The notes below the pieces were generated by a model. That model searched no databases. It was not told the origin of the DNA and saw only the letters and a program-made list of their open reading frames with translations. A stretch of 64,000 bases of DNA, from NCBI RefSeq assembly GCF_030028105.1, contig NC_092397.1, positions 34,501,097 through 34,565,096 on the forward strand, read 5' to 3'. This DNA comes from Mobula birostris (lineage: Eukaryota). Within the stretch, counting starts at the first letter, position 1, and each line of letters opens with the position of its first letter. Below are positions 52,391 through 64,000 of this stretch, piece by piece. The translations under genes and the position numbers were made by a program.

Positions 52391-52948
52391 TACCTTAGGG
52401 AGATGAATCCATTTGGTGAGATGCGGATGCTGTTTCACACTGTTGGGCAGGAGGTGAAAAGATTGGCGTAGACCCACAGCTTTATTCTCTGGAACAGGAT
52501 TGTAGCAGAGGACTGCACCGAACGGAATGCATTATCTACGGAAATGGAAGACAGGAATCTGTGGCATTCATTGCTGAGGAAGCCAAGTAATTTGTACATT
52601 AAAAACGGACGGCTCTGGTGGTAAAGTTACTGGGTCTATTTAAAGCGGACGGAGGTAAGTTCTTAAATATTAAGAGTGTCACACATTATGGAAAGACGGC
52701 AGGAGAATAGGGTTGGGAGGGATAATAAATCAGCCACGATCGAATGGAGGAGCAGACTCCATGGGCCCAGTCACATAACACTGCTCCTGTGTCTGATGCT
52801 GTTATTGACTGATAGCATTGATTCTGAGATACTGTATTCATGCGGATCATTGTGTCCAATTGTACAAAGAAGATTTAAACAAATTTATCAACTGCAGTAA
52901 TGAAACTGAATTAACATTACTTCGAGGTAAGCTGTGCACTGAACCTCT

Positions 52949-53566
52949 GCACTATACCAGAAACTGACAGTTACAGATTGAACCCCCACGCTCTCAGTTT
53001 GTGCCAGAGACTGATGGATACAGAATGAAGCCCACACTCTCACACTGTACCAGAGACTGACAGGTACAGAATGAACCCCACACTCTCACACTGTACCAGA
53101 GACTGACAGGTACAGAATGAACCCCACACACTCACACTGTACCAGAGACTGACAGGTACAGAATGAATCCCACACACTCACACTGTACCAGAGACTGACA
53201 GGTACAGAATGAACCCCACACTCTAACACTGTACCAGACAGTGAGAGGTACAGAGTGAAGCCCATACTCTCACATTGTACCAGAGACTGACAGGTACAGA
53301 ATGAACCCCACACTCCCACACTATACCAGAGACTGACGGGTTCAAAATGAACTCCACACTCTCACAATGTACCAGAGACTGACTGATACAGAATGAATCC
53401 CACACTCTCACACTGTACCAGAGACTGACAGGTACAGAATGAACCCTCAGTCTCATTTGCACCAGAGACTGACAGGTACAGAATGAACCCCCAGTCTCAC
53501 CTACACCAGAGATTGACAGGTACGAAATGAAACCCACACTCTCACACTGTACAGAGACTAATGTGT
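52949..53566. repeat. Minisatellite, about 13 x 46 bp (CACACTGTACCAGAGACTGACAGGTACAGAATGAACCCCACACTCT)
   Basis: 46-nt period (53041, 53087, ...), more diverged at both edges. Confidence 0.95.
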
Positions 53567-55610
53567 ACAAATGTTTTTGACCTGCCTGTTTTGTGAAACA
53601 TACTCAAATTTACTGATAAATCCTGCACCATGCCTACTTGTTACCTCTTGAATAAATCCACGCATCACGTGATCGTGACTCGTCTCTGCCTTTCTAAAAT
53701 GAGATTACACTGTACCTGTGTCCTCTCAAATTGAATGCGAACATTGTATTTACCTCCTCACTCCCAACTCAAGCTGCAAGTCAGCATTTGGGGAATCCTG
53801 CACAAGGACACCTAACTTCATTTGTACCTAATGTCTGAATTTTCTCCTTATTGAAAAATCAGTTGACAAGAAAATAATTTATTTGTAAAATAATGCTTAA
53901 TAATGGACTCCAACATCATGTTAAACACTGAAATCAGGCCATATGGTTGTTGCCCCCTTCCATTCTTCGAAAGGTGGAGAGAGAGTTTCAATTTTCCACT
54001 TTCCGGAAACATTTCTGAATCTAGTGATTCTTGAAAAGATGCACCATCTGTTCAGCTACCTCTTTCATATCTCTGCAATGAAGTCCATCCGGCACAGATG
54101 AATCCGCTTCCCAAGCGCGTCAGCCTGTTCAGTTATGGGAGGCGACGGGACGACACAAAGTGACTGGGGCGCCGAGGCGAGGAATAGGTGGATACGCGGG
54201 ACAAAATTGTTCAAAAGACTTTGGAATGTATCGCCCCATGATTAACTCGGTTGTGTGATACAGATACAGATACGGTGTCTCTGGCCATGGAGAACAACGA
54301 CCTGCTCCTTCTTTCTGCAGAAAGTGACATCAATAGCCAGCGGTGGAATGAGAATGATGTGCTTACATATTTTGACAGTTTTGAGGATTTCGCCCTCTTC
54401 GATAGACTGGGACACGAGTGTGCACCTTGATAGACCAGGGACGAGGGACGCATGATGCTTTAATCATGCAAAGAATGCAAACAACACTTAAAGGGAAAAT
54501 TAGGAGAGGAAAGGAAAGTATAAGTTTGCTTTGGCAGACAACTGGAAGGAGAATCCCAAGGGATTCTACAGATATATTAAGAGCAAAAGGATAGCGAGGA
54601 AACAACATTGGCCTTCACGATGGTCAGCGTGGTCATCTGTAAATGGAACCAAAGGAGATTAGGGAGAACTTAAAAGAATATTGTTTTACTTTAATTTTCT
54701 CAGGAAACGGACGCACGACCTATATAACTAAGGTAAAACATTAGTGAGGTTATGGGCATTACTCTGATTGCAAAAGAGGGGGCAAATTGGGGTGTAAATA
54801 CTTCATGGCCTCGTAAGGTATCCCTTTGTCCTTGTTGAAGGTTAGTGCAGAAATAGCAGGGGCGATTCTCATTTCGGTCTGGCACATAAATACCTCTGCA
54901 AACCAGGGATTGTTTGCTGGACTGTTCCGTTCCCTTCCTGCCTGAAACCTTCGCCTGCATCCTCGTCAGTATCCCCATCAAGTTCAACCGCTGGAGTGAG
55001 AGTGGAGCATTGCCACGCCAAGAGAAGAAACTATCTATCGTTGAGTTCGGAACTGTCTCTTTGTGTCCACGTGTTTAGTGTCCGTGTTCTGTGTCCGTGC
55101 TCCCTTTCTGCTGCCGTACCTAGATACAATATGTGACAAAAGCTTCTCTTTCATACTATTCATAGACATCATATCATTACACAGTTCCTTGAGAGAGAAC
55201 AAGGTAAATCAATAATAAAATGCAGAATAAAGTACAACAGCGACAGAGAAAGCACAGTGCTGGTAAACAATAAGGTGAAGTGTCATAACAGGTAGATTGT
55301 GAGGTCAAGCGTCCATCTTTTTTCACAAGGAAACCATTCAATAGACAGAACAGCGATATTGAAATTATCCTTCAGAATGTGGTACGTGTTTCCTTTTTCG
55401 TGATCATTCTGCTGGAGTCTAATTGGTTTCATTCCACAAAAATTATCATGGTGTTTAAGAAGAGAACTGAACAAGGATTAAGTATGATCGCACTGGATGG
55501 TGCAGCAGACTCGGCGCCGAATGACTGTGGCCATCAGACACTATCTGTGTCGCACTGCTCAATTGTGATATGCAGGAAGGTTTGGACCTGAACACTTCTG
55601 CATTTTAAGT

Positions 55611-55682
55611 GGGGATGTAGCTCAGTGGAAGAGCGCATGCTTTGCATGTATGAGGTCCCGGGTTCGATCCCCGGCATCTCCA
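55611..55682 (+). tRNA. tRNA-Ala(TGC)
   Basis: GGGGATGTAGCTCAGTGGAAGAGCGCATGCTTTGCATGTATGAGGTCCCGGGTTCGATCCCCGGCATCTCCA; one D-loop change; T-run at about 55700. Confidence 0.94.
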
Positions 55683-55840
55683 CGCTGATGAGCATTGAAT
55701 TTTGAACATTGCAAAACGCAAACCCAATCGTCAGGTTTGCAGTCAGCACAATGATGCGTTGAGTCTCAACGTGGACAAGACTAAAGAGATGATTCATTAG
55801 GCCAGGGGACCGCTCATTACTGCAAATAAACGGCTCCTCC

Positions 55841-55866
<26 letters not shown>
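55841..55866. repeat. (AG)13 microsatellite
   Basis: Direct read. Confidence 0.9.
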
Positions 55867-55871
<5 letters not shown>

Positions 55872-56802
55872 CACCAAACCAGCGCTCTGAACGCCACAAA
55901 GAACAGCAAGAAAGAGCACCGGTGTGTCCACTTCCTGGCTTCAGTGATACTTCCCCAACCCCTCTTCAATCTGTTTTTATTTCACAGGAGCATCATTGAG
56001 CGAGCTCTAACCACTTGCTAAACCGTCTGGTACGAGAATCGCAGGACATCCGACGGCAGGACTCTACAGAGGAGAGAGAGGACTGCTGACAGCAGCTCAC
56101 TTTCACATTCAGACCCAGTGATTTGCGGACTATTGAAAACTGACGGAATTCTGATCTTCATTCGATCATATGGACGGATTGGGAGGTGAACGAGACTCGG
56201 GATTGGACAAAATAAATCCTGGAGTGTGGGTGTATTCTCCGCTGCACCTCAGACTGCGGTCGCAGCTCGTTATGTCGGAGACTGACCGAAATAGCATCCA
56301 CAAATGGAGGAGAAATTCAGCGGGCCAGGCGGCATCTCCACAGGAAACACCGACTGCTTACTGCTCCCCAGAGATGCTGTCTGACCTGGTGATTTGCTCC
56401 GGCATTCTGTGCTTGGGATTTCCAGCACCTGTGTTTATAGCCTAAATAACAGCCCGCTGACAGAGAGAAGGAAGGCAAGGAGACACAGAGGGAGATAACC
56501 AGCGTGTCTGACTGCAGGGCCGTAGGAATAGGGCCAGAATGATAATGAAAATCAGATCCGTTGCTGAAATGTCGGGTCGAGATATCCGGCTGGATCGGAG
56601 TACAGAGACCGGATAATAACCGGATGGGGCAGGAAGTGATGAACAGGGAAAGGAGGACGGGGAGGAAGGTAAAAGCGTGAGAGAGACACGAGGGAAATTA
56701 GACAGGGAATATAATCCAACAAACAAAACAATAGATAATCGGGGGAAAGCGTCAAAATTAACAAATAGAAAGACAGGAGAGGAACAGAGATATTTACCTA
56801 TC

Positions 56803-56874
56803 AGCAGAATAGCGCAGCGGGAATGTGCTGGGCCCGTTATCCAGAGGCCGACACATCGAAACCACCGTCTGCTA
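56803..56874 (+). pseudogene. Initiator tRNA-Met pseudogene (anticodon mutated to CGT)
   Basis: AGCAGAATAGCGCAGCGGGAATGTGCTGGGCCCGTTATCCAGAGGCCGACACATCGAAACCACCGTCTGCTA; T-stem disrupted. Confidence 0.88.
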
Positions 56875-57461
56875 TTCTTCAACAATTTTTTTTTTACCGC
56901 AAAACGCCGTCACGTCACCTGTGTACACAACACACATTTAACTTAAAAAGAAAAACTTGTACTTCTAACTGAAATTTCCGTCCACTCACTTCATCACTTT
57001 CTGAGATTTGTTGAGAACTTCGCGGGTAAAACGACAATTGCTGTTGTGCTCAGCGTTTGTCCAACACATCTGGTTCTCCGCTGCATGAAGCTGTGTCTAG
57101 TATTGAACAGATTGAACAGAAAATACTGGAAACTCTCATCACCTCAAGAAACATTTGTGAGTGATGAAACGGGATCAACCTTTTTGATCGTGACACTTAA
57201 TTAGAAATGATGAGAGAAGAAGATAGTTTTCTGTGTCAAAGAAGGTGAGACGATGGGTGGGAAGTGAAACGGGGGACATCTCTGATAGGGCGACACCAAT
57301 ACACGATGACGGTAAGACAAATAGGAAAGAGAAAAACTGGTCTAAAATGGCAGAAGAACGACGGGCAGAAATGTCATTTCATAAAGAAGGAAGTGATGTG
57401 GCTGAGTGATTCCAGACCGATGCGTTTATGTGACAAGTGCTGAGAAACAGGTACAACTCAC

Positions 57462-57533
57462 GGCGATCGCCGGGAATCGAACCCGGGTGAGCTGCCTGAA
57501 AGGCAGCTGTGCTCATCCCTATACCACTGTCGC
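57462..57533 (-). pseudogene. tRNA-Gly(TCC)-scaffold gene with TTC anticodon, probably a pseudogene
   Basis: GCGACAGTGGTATAGGGATGAGCACAGCTGCCTTTCAGGCAGCTCACCCGGGTTCGATTCCCGGCGATCGCC; intact B-box, two acceptor-stem mismatches. Confidence 0.82.
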
Positions 57534-58489
57534 TCCATGTTGCGGGAGTTTCGAGGAGTGAAGCAGCTCCCATGCTCCATGTGATTCCACCAGATCCCGA
57601 GCCGCTCTCTGTCGGATCAATCCTCACTCTGCAGCAGGTTTTATTCCTGCAAATGGCGCCGGCCTCACGCATCAGCAAATGGGAAAGAAAATTCTGATTG
57701 TCCATGTTCTTTAGAAAAGCCGATGAAAATGTAAGTATGAGTTGAGTTTAGGAATAAATAAAATAACCACCAACAACCACATTGCTGGGATTATACTGTA
57801 ATTCTCTCCATAGCTGGTAAAATTCTGAGGAGCAGATCTGCTGGCAAATCACAGAGAAATGTCATTTTGTAGATAGGGTTACAGCAATCAGACATTTCAA
57901 CTTCTCCAAAATTAACCAGATCATTTTTTGTGCAAGATAAGAAATGGAATTTTTGAAGTGCATCTGGAAGAGTATTTTTGTTCCTGTCCATCGATAGTCC
58001 TATCGAACTATGTTAGGAAATTCACTCTGTAAATACAGTAATCAAAACTCGCACTTCATTGTCTCTGCATAAACAACAACGTAACTGTGTCGACACCGGG
58101 CCAACAACTTAGAACAGGAATTCTGCTGTTCCCGCTATACTAATACTCACTCAGACTAATTTTCTCATCTATGTCACCAAACTAGGGCATCTCAGTTGGC
58201 CAAGTGATCCATCCTTTCTTCTCTCAGTCACCGACTTGGGAGTTCTTCCTTGCGATGGTGGGTTTCTAGAAAGAGTTATTGCTGCTAGCACATTCGAAGT
58301 TTCCACTTTTATATTCATATTTTCCAGTTCAGTTATCCCATTCCAGTGTCATTGACTGTAGGCCATCTGATTGGTTTGAATTCTCCTGTTTGTTGACTCT
58401 GCTCCAGGTCAGCATCCATTTATTGCCCTCTTCTCAGCAAGCGTCAATCGATAATTTATGGCTCTTTGTTCCCTTCAGGAACCAATTTG

Positions 58490-59761
58490 TGTCATGATCC
58501 GGTCCGTGAAGTCTGCATTCCGGTTCACAGTCCAGTCGTGGACTCAGGACTCCCGGTCTTCCAACTGTCCCTTGTTTCGATTGAGTTAATCATAGGCACC
58601 TGTTTCCCATCTTGTGGCTTGGAATTTTAGTAGCCTTGGGGTTGAGTGCGGGCTGCTGGTTTGTCTTGTCATGATTCCCTGGGAGCAACCTGCCTGTGGA
58701 AGGTTAGAGCGGCCACTTCCCATCTTTAGGCCGCGTTGGAGAACCATCTCTTCATGGAGCCTTGCTGTCGGTAGTCGGAGCTGTCTTTGTGGTATGGATT
58801 CGGCTGTTTCCAGGGCCGGCTGAGTGGCTACCAGCCACTCCGAGCTAGGTACGGATCCGGTTGTTTCCGTAGCCAGCTGAGGTTGCTGGCCGAACTGTGA
58901 CTCGGAGGAACCCCGATGCAGAGGTGGAACTTTCTGTAGTTCTTTGGTGTTTATCTCTTCTTGTCCTTGCCTCTGTGGGGGTAAGTCAGGCCGTTTCTTC
59001 CGTTGCCTGCGGGGAGATCTGTCTTGTTTTGTCCACGCCTCCGTGGGGTAAGTCAGGCAGTTCTGCCGTTGCCCTGCATGGGGTCCTGTCTTGTCTTGTC
59101 TTTGCCTCTGTTGGGTAAGTCCGGCCGTTCTGCCGTTACCCGACAGATGGACCTGTCCCACCTTGGTGTGCAGATGAAGTTGAGTTCTGGCTTGTCTAAG
59201 GATAAGTCCTGGCTCTCTGTCTATGTACTGTCCTGTCTCATGTTTGTGTCGTGTTAAAGATGAGTCCCGGCTTTTCGAAGTATAAATCCCGGCTCTATGT
59301 TTATGTACAGTTCACAGTCTGTCTCCGAGTTTCAGCCTTCGAGTTATCAGCCTCTGCAGGCCTCAAGAACCAAGAGCCAAGACCCCAGCCTGCAGGCCTC
59401 AAGAGCCAAGTCCAAGACCCCAGCCTGAAGCCCCAAGACTCTAGACCCCAGCCACGTCCTGTCCTGTAGTTATGTCCTGTCCTTGCCTGGTTCTAGGGCC
59501 CGAGCCCTAGTCCAGACTCAGGTTCTGGCGCTTTGTCCAGTCTCTGGCTCGGAGCCCAAGGCCAGGCTCCTAGTGCATAGTTCCTTGCCCGGGTTCCCTG
59601 TCTTGTCCATGTCCTAACCCAAGTCTGTGTTCTCGTTCGTGCTCGTTTGCATCCTGTCACGTCCCTGCCCTAGTCAAGTCCTGTTCCTTGTACTTCAGTG
59701 TCTGTGTCTTCCTGTTGGGTCCACCATCTACGCCACCCCCCCGCCCCCCGCCATTGTGACA
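58490..59761 (+). mobile_element. Probable solo LTR (Gypsy-type termini TGTCA...TGACA), 1272 bp, with internal short tandem repeats
   Basis: 5-bp inverted termini; compositionally distinct; flanks ATTTG/GTTTC match only partly as a TSD. Confidence 0.6.
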
Positions 59762-61436
59762 GTTTCAATCACTCCAGGCAGAGATTGACCCCAACATTCA
59801 CACATTTGCATGTTATATTATATCAAAAACACTTCACAATAACTTCTAATTTGGAAAAGATTTCTTAACCCGCAATTTACCTGAAGCAACGTTGTGTTTA
59901 CTTTAAAATACGAAAATTTTCACCTCATAAAATGGAAGATGTAAAACGGTTCCACAAAATTACATATTCACTTCCAAATGCACGGCTGGTACAAAGACAC
60001 TTGTTCTGTCTGCTTCCACTGTCCTTGAGCCATTCGAGTTCTATGTTATGTTACATTTTGAAATCTTCCTTGGCCAACATCTCCTCCTTTTCCATCCACG
60101 GAAAATTGTGGGGATCACATTACTCTTTATGTCTCAGTGAATATAGCACAAAAGGAACAGCAGAATTCATGACTATATCAAAAAATACCGATAAGGATTT
60201 AAAGATAATGTCATAACAAAAGCGTGAAGAATCATGATAACGTAACTAATTTCATACCATATATCAAGGAATTTAACAGGAATTAATAATTTTAAAATAC
60301 AACATAGCTATAAGAAATTAAACGAAATCAACAAAAAGAAATTTTAGAATGGCATGTGCTTTTCAAACACTGAAGTTATTAAAATTAGCCTTAAAAAAAA
60401 CACCGGGCGAAATACCTTGTGTAACCATCAGAACAAAGAGCAAAGCAATAATAACATGGGAAGTAAAACATATCCATTTAAACCTCAGTTCCAAACTTTA
60501 TTCCAAAAGGGATGGATTCTGCAAAACGTCATTAGCTAAACCCACATAATATTTAATAGTCTTGGATAACAGAGCCCATAGTTTAATAACATCTTTAAAA
60601 CATTAAAAACCAAAAAAAAGCTTTGCAACTTAGAGTTCCCTTCTTGTCAGATATGCTTGAAGTATCAATGCGATGAGTATTATTCACCACACCAAGCAAA
60701 TACCAACATACATTAGCCTCATTTCCTTTACACACTTCGTCCTACATGCAACCTTCAGTGGAGCCTTCGACCATTCTGAGGCCACTCATTAGCAGAATTC
60801 CAACACCAATCGCTTCTGAACAGCAGCGTGCTTTAATTACTACTGTGTGTTTAATCCATTGATGGATTATCTACCTTGGCTTGTTCACAACAGCTGTCCA
60901 GACTGCAGTCAAGTTAGAGGCAACTTAAAAACAACGTAGTCCAAGAAATACACAACACAACACCCAGTGCTGAATTGTTTATTCCCCAGTAGGCTCAATC
61001 AAACAGATATCTCGGAGGCATTCCATGCATTCATCAACTTGATTTTCCATCTATATGCTTTTTGAAATACTCCCTCTGACGTAATCTGACCTTTCTTACA
61101 TATTTTTTTCTGTCTCCCGCTGTAAATTGTAGACCAGATCCGTGGCTACAATCCGAAAGCCTATAAAATACTCTCATCAGGGTCTTCTTAGCCGAGGAGT
61201 TTCTTAATCCCAGCAGAAGGATTCTACATCTTCCGATCCTGCTCTGCTCTGACTGAGACTCCATCCAATTCAGTGACTGATTTCCTGGTGAAAGGTCATT
61301 GAGCTGAACGTGAATTCGGTTTCTCTCTTCACAGCCGCTAACAGATCTGCTGAATATTTCCAGCAATCCCCGCTTTTAGTTCAGGATCAACCCTGTTTAT
61401 CTGACTCCGGGATTTGAATCCAGCTGTGAAGAACTT

Positions 61437-61518
61437 GTAGTCGTGGCCGAGTCGTTAAGGCGATGGACTAGAAATCCATTGGGGTTTCCCCGCGCAGGTT
61501 CGAAATCTGCCGACTACG
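61437..61518 (+). tRNA. tRNA-Ser(AGA), with D-loop and T-arm substitutions (possibly impaired)
   Basis: GTAGTCGTGGCCGAGTCGTTAAGGCGATGGACTAGAAATCCATTGGGGTTTCCCCGCGCAGGTTCGAAATCTGCCGACTACG. Confidence 0.88.
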
Positions 61519-63569
61519 TGTTTATATCGGTTTTGATGCCTTGATTCCTCTCACGGATGCAGATTGTAAAAAGCCAGTCGAAACACCGATCTGTGTTCGC
61601 CGCCTCCAAAACCAAGAAGTGCCCATGTGTTCCGCTTTTATTCAGGTGGGCTCTACGATGCAATCGGTCAGCGTGTTCGGCACTGTGTCCGAAATGCTGG
61701 TGGTTCCAGTCTATTCAGGGACGCTGTTGATCCAGTGGCCTTCGCTGTACGCTCCGTGTGTTCCTAATACAGTCATTAAAAACCCACATATAGAGAACAG
61801 AACACTACCACGACCTGTCTTGATTACATTCATGTTGACATAAACTTAATATATTGTACATGGACGATCAAACCAACAGAAACTCTTACAGGGCACCAAT
61901 GTATTTCATGTTTAAATTGATGTTATCGCCACTTGAACCAGAAGGATCAATTCACTGAACTTCACTCACACCAACACTGACTGCTTCCACAACTCACTTT
62001 CAAACTGGACATTTCGTGCTAGAGACATTTTTGCTTTGTTGTTATTATTATTACTTTCTCAGCTCACGCTAGCCTGAAGTACGGGGGTGCTGAAGCACAC
62101 TCATTCCTCAATAACCGCGGACTTCGGGCCATTCTACTGGTGTATAGTATAGTGGTTTTCAGCAGATTTACAGAAATATTGCTTTGCTGGCCTAACTGTT
62201 TAATGCTATTGTGTAGTGACTTTGAGATGATAGTTGTTGATATTACCATTGCGACAATATATACCCTGTTAATTGCTCGATCGTCTTTCAGTTTCTTCTT
62301 TCAATTCAGTATAGTTCTGGTGCTTTTCACTTGTTAATTGTTGTAGGTTATGTGTGTTTGCAATGGCTATATCGATTATGTACGTTGTTATTACCTTTTA
62401 ATCCAGTAATATTATATATGCAGACGGTTATTATGGATTGTCCTGTAATGGATCAGTCATAAAATAATTGTACGACTCTGACCCTAATCTAGAACAAGTT
62501 TGTACTTATAGTAAGGTATGGTGTCTTTTATGAGTTTGAATTTTAAAGCATGGTTTTGGTGAATGATGTTTGCCAATTGACTGCCCCTGTGTAAGTAATC
62601 AGATTGAGTTAAACTGCTGCTCCATCCTGTAATGTGTTGGATTGTTTCTGGTGTCTCTTGTCATTTTCTGCAATTATCGACTTTAATTTGTTGGGCTTTT
62701 ATTATGGATTTGTAACATTTTTGTGTTAAACACCTGGCCCTGTAATACCACAACGAACCCCTCTGTTTCTGGGAAGATGTCCCCAACTCTGACCCAAGCG
62801 CTCCACGTTTCCTTCACACCCTGTCTGCTCAGATCATGGGGATGTTTTCCATGGAGGGTTGCTTCTCCATTAGTTAACTTTATTTGATTATTATTTTACG
62901 TTTTTGTATTTTCGCAGTCTGTATGTTTTCTGCATTGATTGTCCGTCTTGTGTGCACTCTTTCATTGATTATATTTTGTTTCTTTGCACTTACTGTGAAA
63001 CCTCTCGAGAAAATGCATCTAATGGTAGCATATTTGTGCTTTGACACTGAATTTACTTTGAACTCTGAAGTGTTCTGCGCTGCTGCACAGCACCCGGACC
63101 CTCGGTTCCCTCCAGTGGCCGGTCGCTGGTACTGCCTCACTGATCTCACTGCGACTCTCCGGGTCGTTTTGTGAACCCAGGAGCCGGGACGTTTCGCTTC
63201 TTGTTCACATCAACGTGCAAGTTAATTAAAGCGGCGACTTGCTGCTCCGCTGCGAAGTTCACGGGTCGGTCACATTAGTACAAAGGGAAACAGATAATGT
63301 TTCAGGCGGAGCCCCATTCGTCACCACTGGGAAAGAGAAAATAAGGTACTTTTCAGTTTCAGACAAAGTGGGCCGCGGATCTGGTGAGACCAAGTGAGTG
63401 ACTGTGACTGTTATCATCGGGACTTTTGTTTCTATGTTATATGAACAACAGAACTGTGGGGAATGCCCAGGACAGCAGTCTATGGCAATGAAAGTGGGGG
63501 GGGGGGGGGAAGGAATCAAAAACCAGGTGGGCGGCGATCAATGATGGGTATTTTTGGCACAAGCATCAG

Positions 63570-63720
63570 AGTAACGCATACAAAACACTGGGGCATCTCA
63601 GCAGGTCAGTCAGCATCTATGGAGAGGAATAAAAAAATCATGTTCCTTCATCAGTACTGGAAAGGAAGTGGGAAGAAGCCAGAATAAGAAAGTCGGGGAA
63701 GAGAAGGGGTTCACGCTACA
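63570..63720 (-). mobile_element. Penelope pLTR fragment with partial hammerhead core
   Basis: Reverse complement CCAGTACTGATGAAGG at 63645-63660; arm CTCAGCAGGTCAGTCAGCATC. Confidence 0.55.
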
Positions 63721-63721
63721 A

Positions 63722-64000
63722 AGTGATAGGTGAAGCCAGGCGAGGAAGGAGGGTAGATATGATGGGGAAAGGGGAGTATTGAAAACTGGGAGGTGACAGG
63801 TGAGGAAGGAGTGTAGATATGATGGGGAAAGGGGAGATTGAAAACTGGGAGGTGACAGGTGAGGAAGGAGGGTAGATATGTTGGGGAAAGGGGAGATTGA
63901 AAACTGGGAGGTGACAGTTAAGGAAGGAGGGTAGACATGTTGGGGAAAGGGGAGATTGAAAACTGGGAGGTGACAGGTGAGGAAGGAGGGTTGATATGTT
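63722..64000. repeat. Purine-rich 59-bp tandem repeat (at least 4.5 copies, runs off the window) grown inside the pLTR
   Basis: GAAAACTGGGAGGTGACAGGTGAGGAAGGAGGGTAGATATGWTGGGGAAAGGGGAGATT at 63781, 63840, 63899, ... Confidence 0.92.

Noticed and set aside
58586-59161. 191-aa minus-strand ORF
   Set aside because: Lies within the LTR-like repeat, is low complexity and has no recognisable domain.
59800-60800. AT-rich tract that might be viral or L1/Tx1-derived (also 62200-62750)
   Set aside because: No diagnostic motif readable by eye; needs tBLASTx to classify.

Overview
Vertebrate genomic DNA, most likely a cartilaginous fish (ray/shark-type H1, H2A and H2B tails; CR1/Rex1/Penelope-dominated repeat landscape). 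The left third holds one complete, intronless replication-dependent histone quintet (H2B+, H2A+, H1+, H3-, H4-). Each gene has promoter elements, a 3' stem-loop and an HDE, and the set is split by about 9 kb of CR1 debris. The middle is nested retrotransposon sequence: a near full-length CR1, Rex1/Babar, a Nimb/I-like LINE, and Tc1 and Penelope remnants. It also holds a very CpG-rich 27-bp minisatellite, an H3 pseudogene and two orphan CpG-rich promoter modules. The right third is a dispersed tRNA cluster (Asn, iMet, Ala, Ser plus Asp/Gly/iMet/Gly-Glu pseudogenes) with a solo LTR and minisatellites. The most notable hidden signal is a family of short fold-back elements, each carrying a minimal, dimer-type hammerhead ribozyme motif (Penelope pLTR/retrozyme-like), with at least 6 recognisable copies. 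Boundaries of old TE fragments are approximate and were read by eye.
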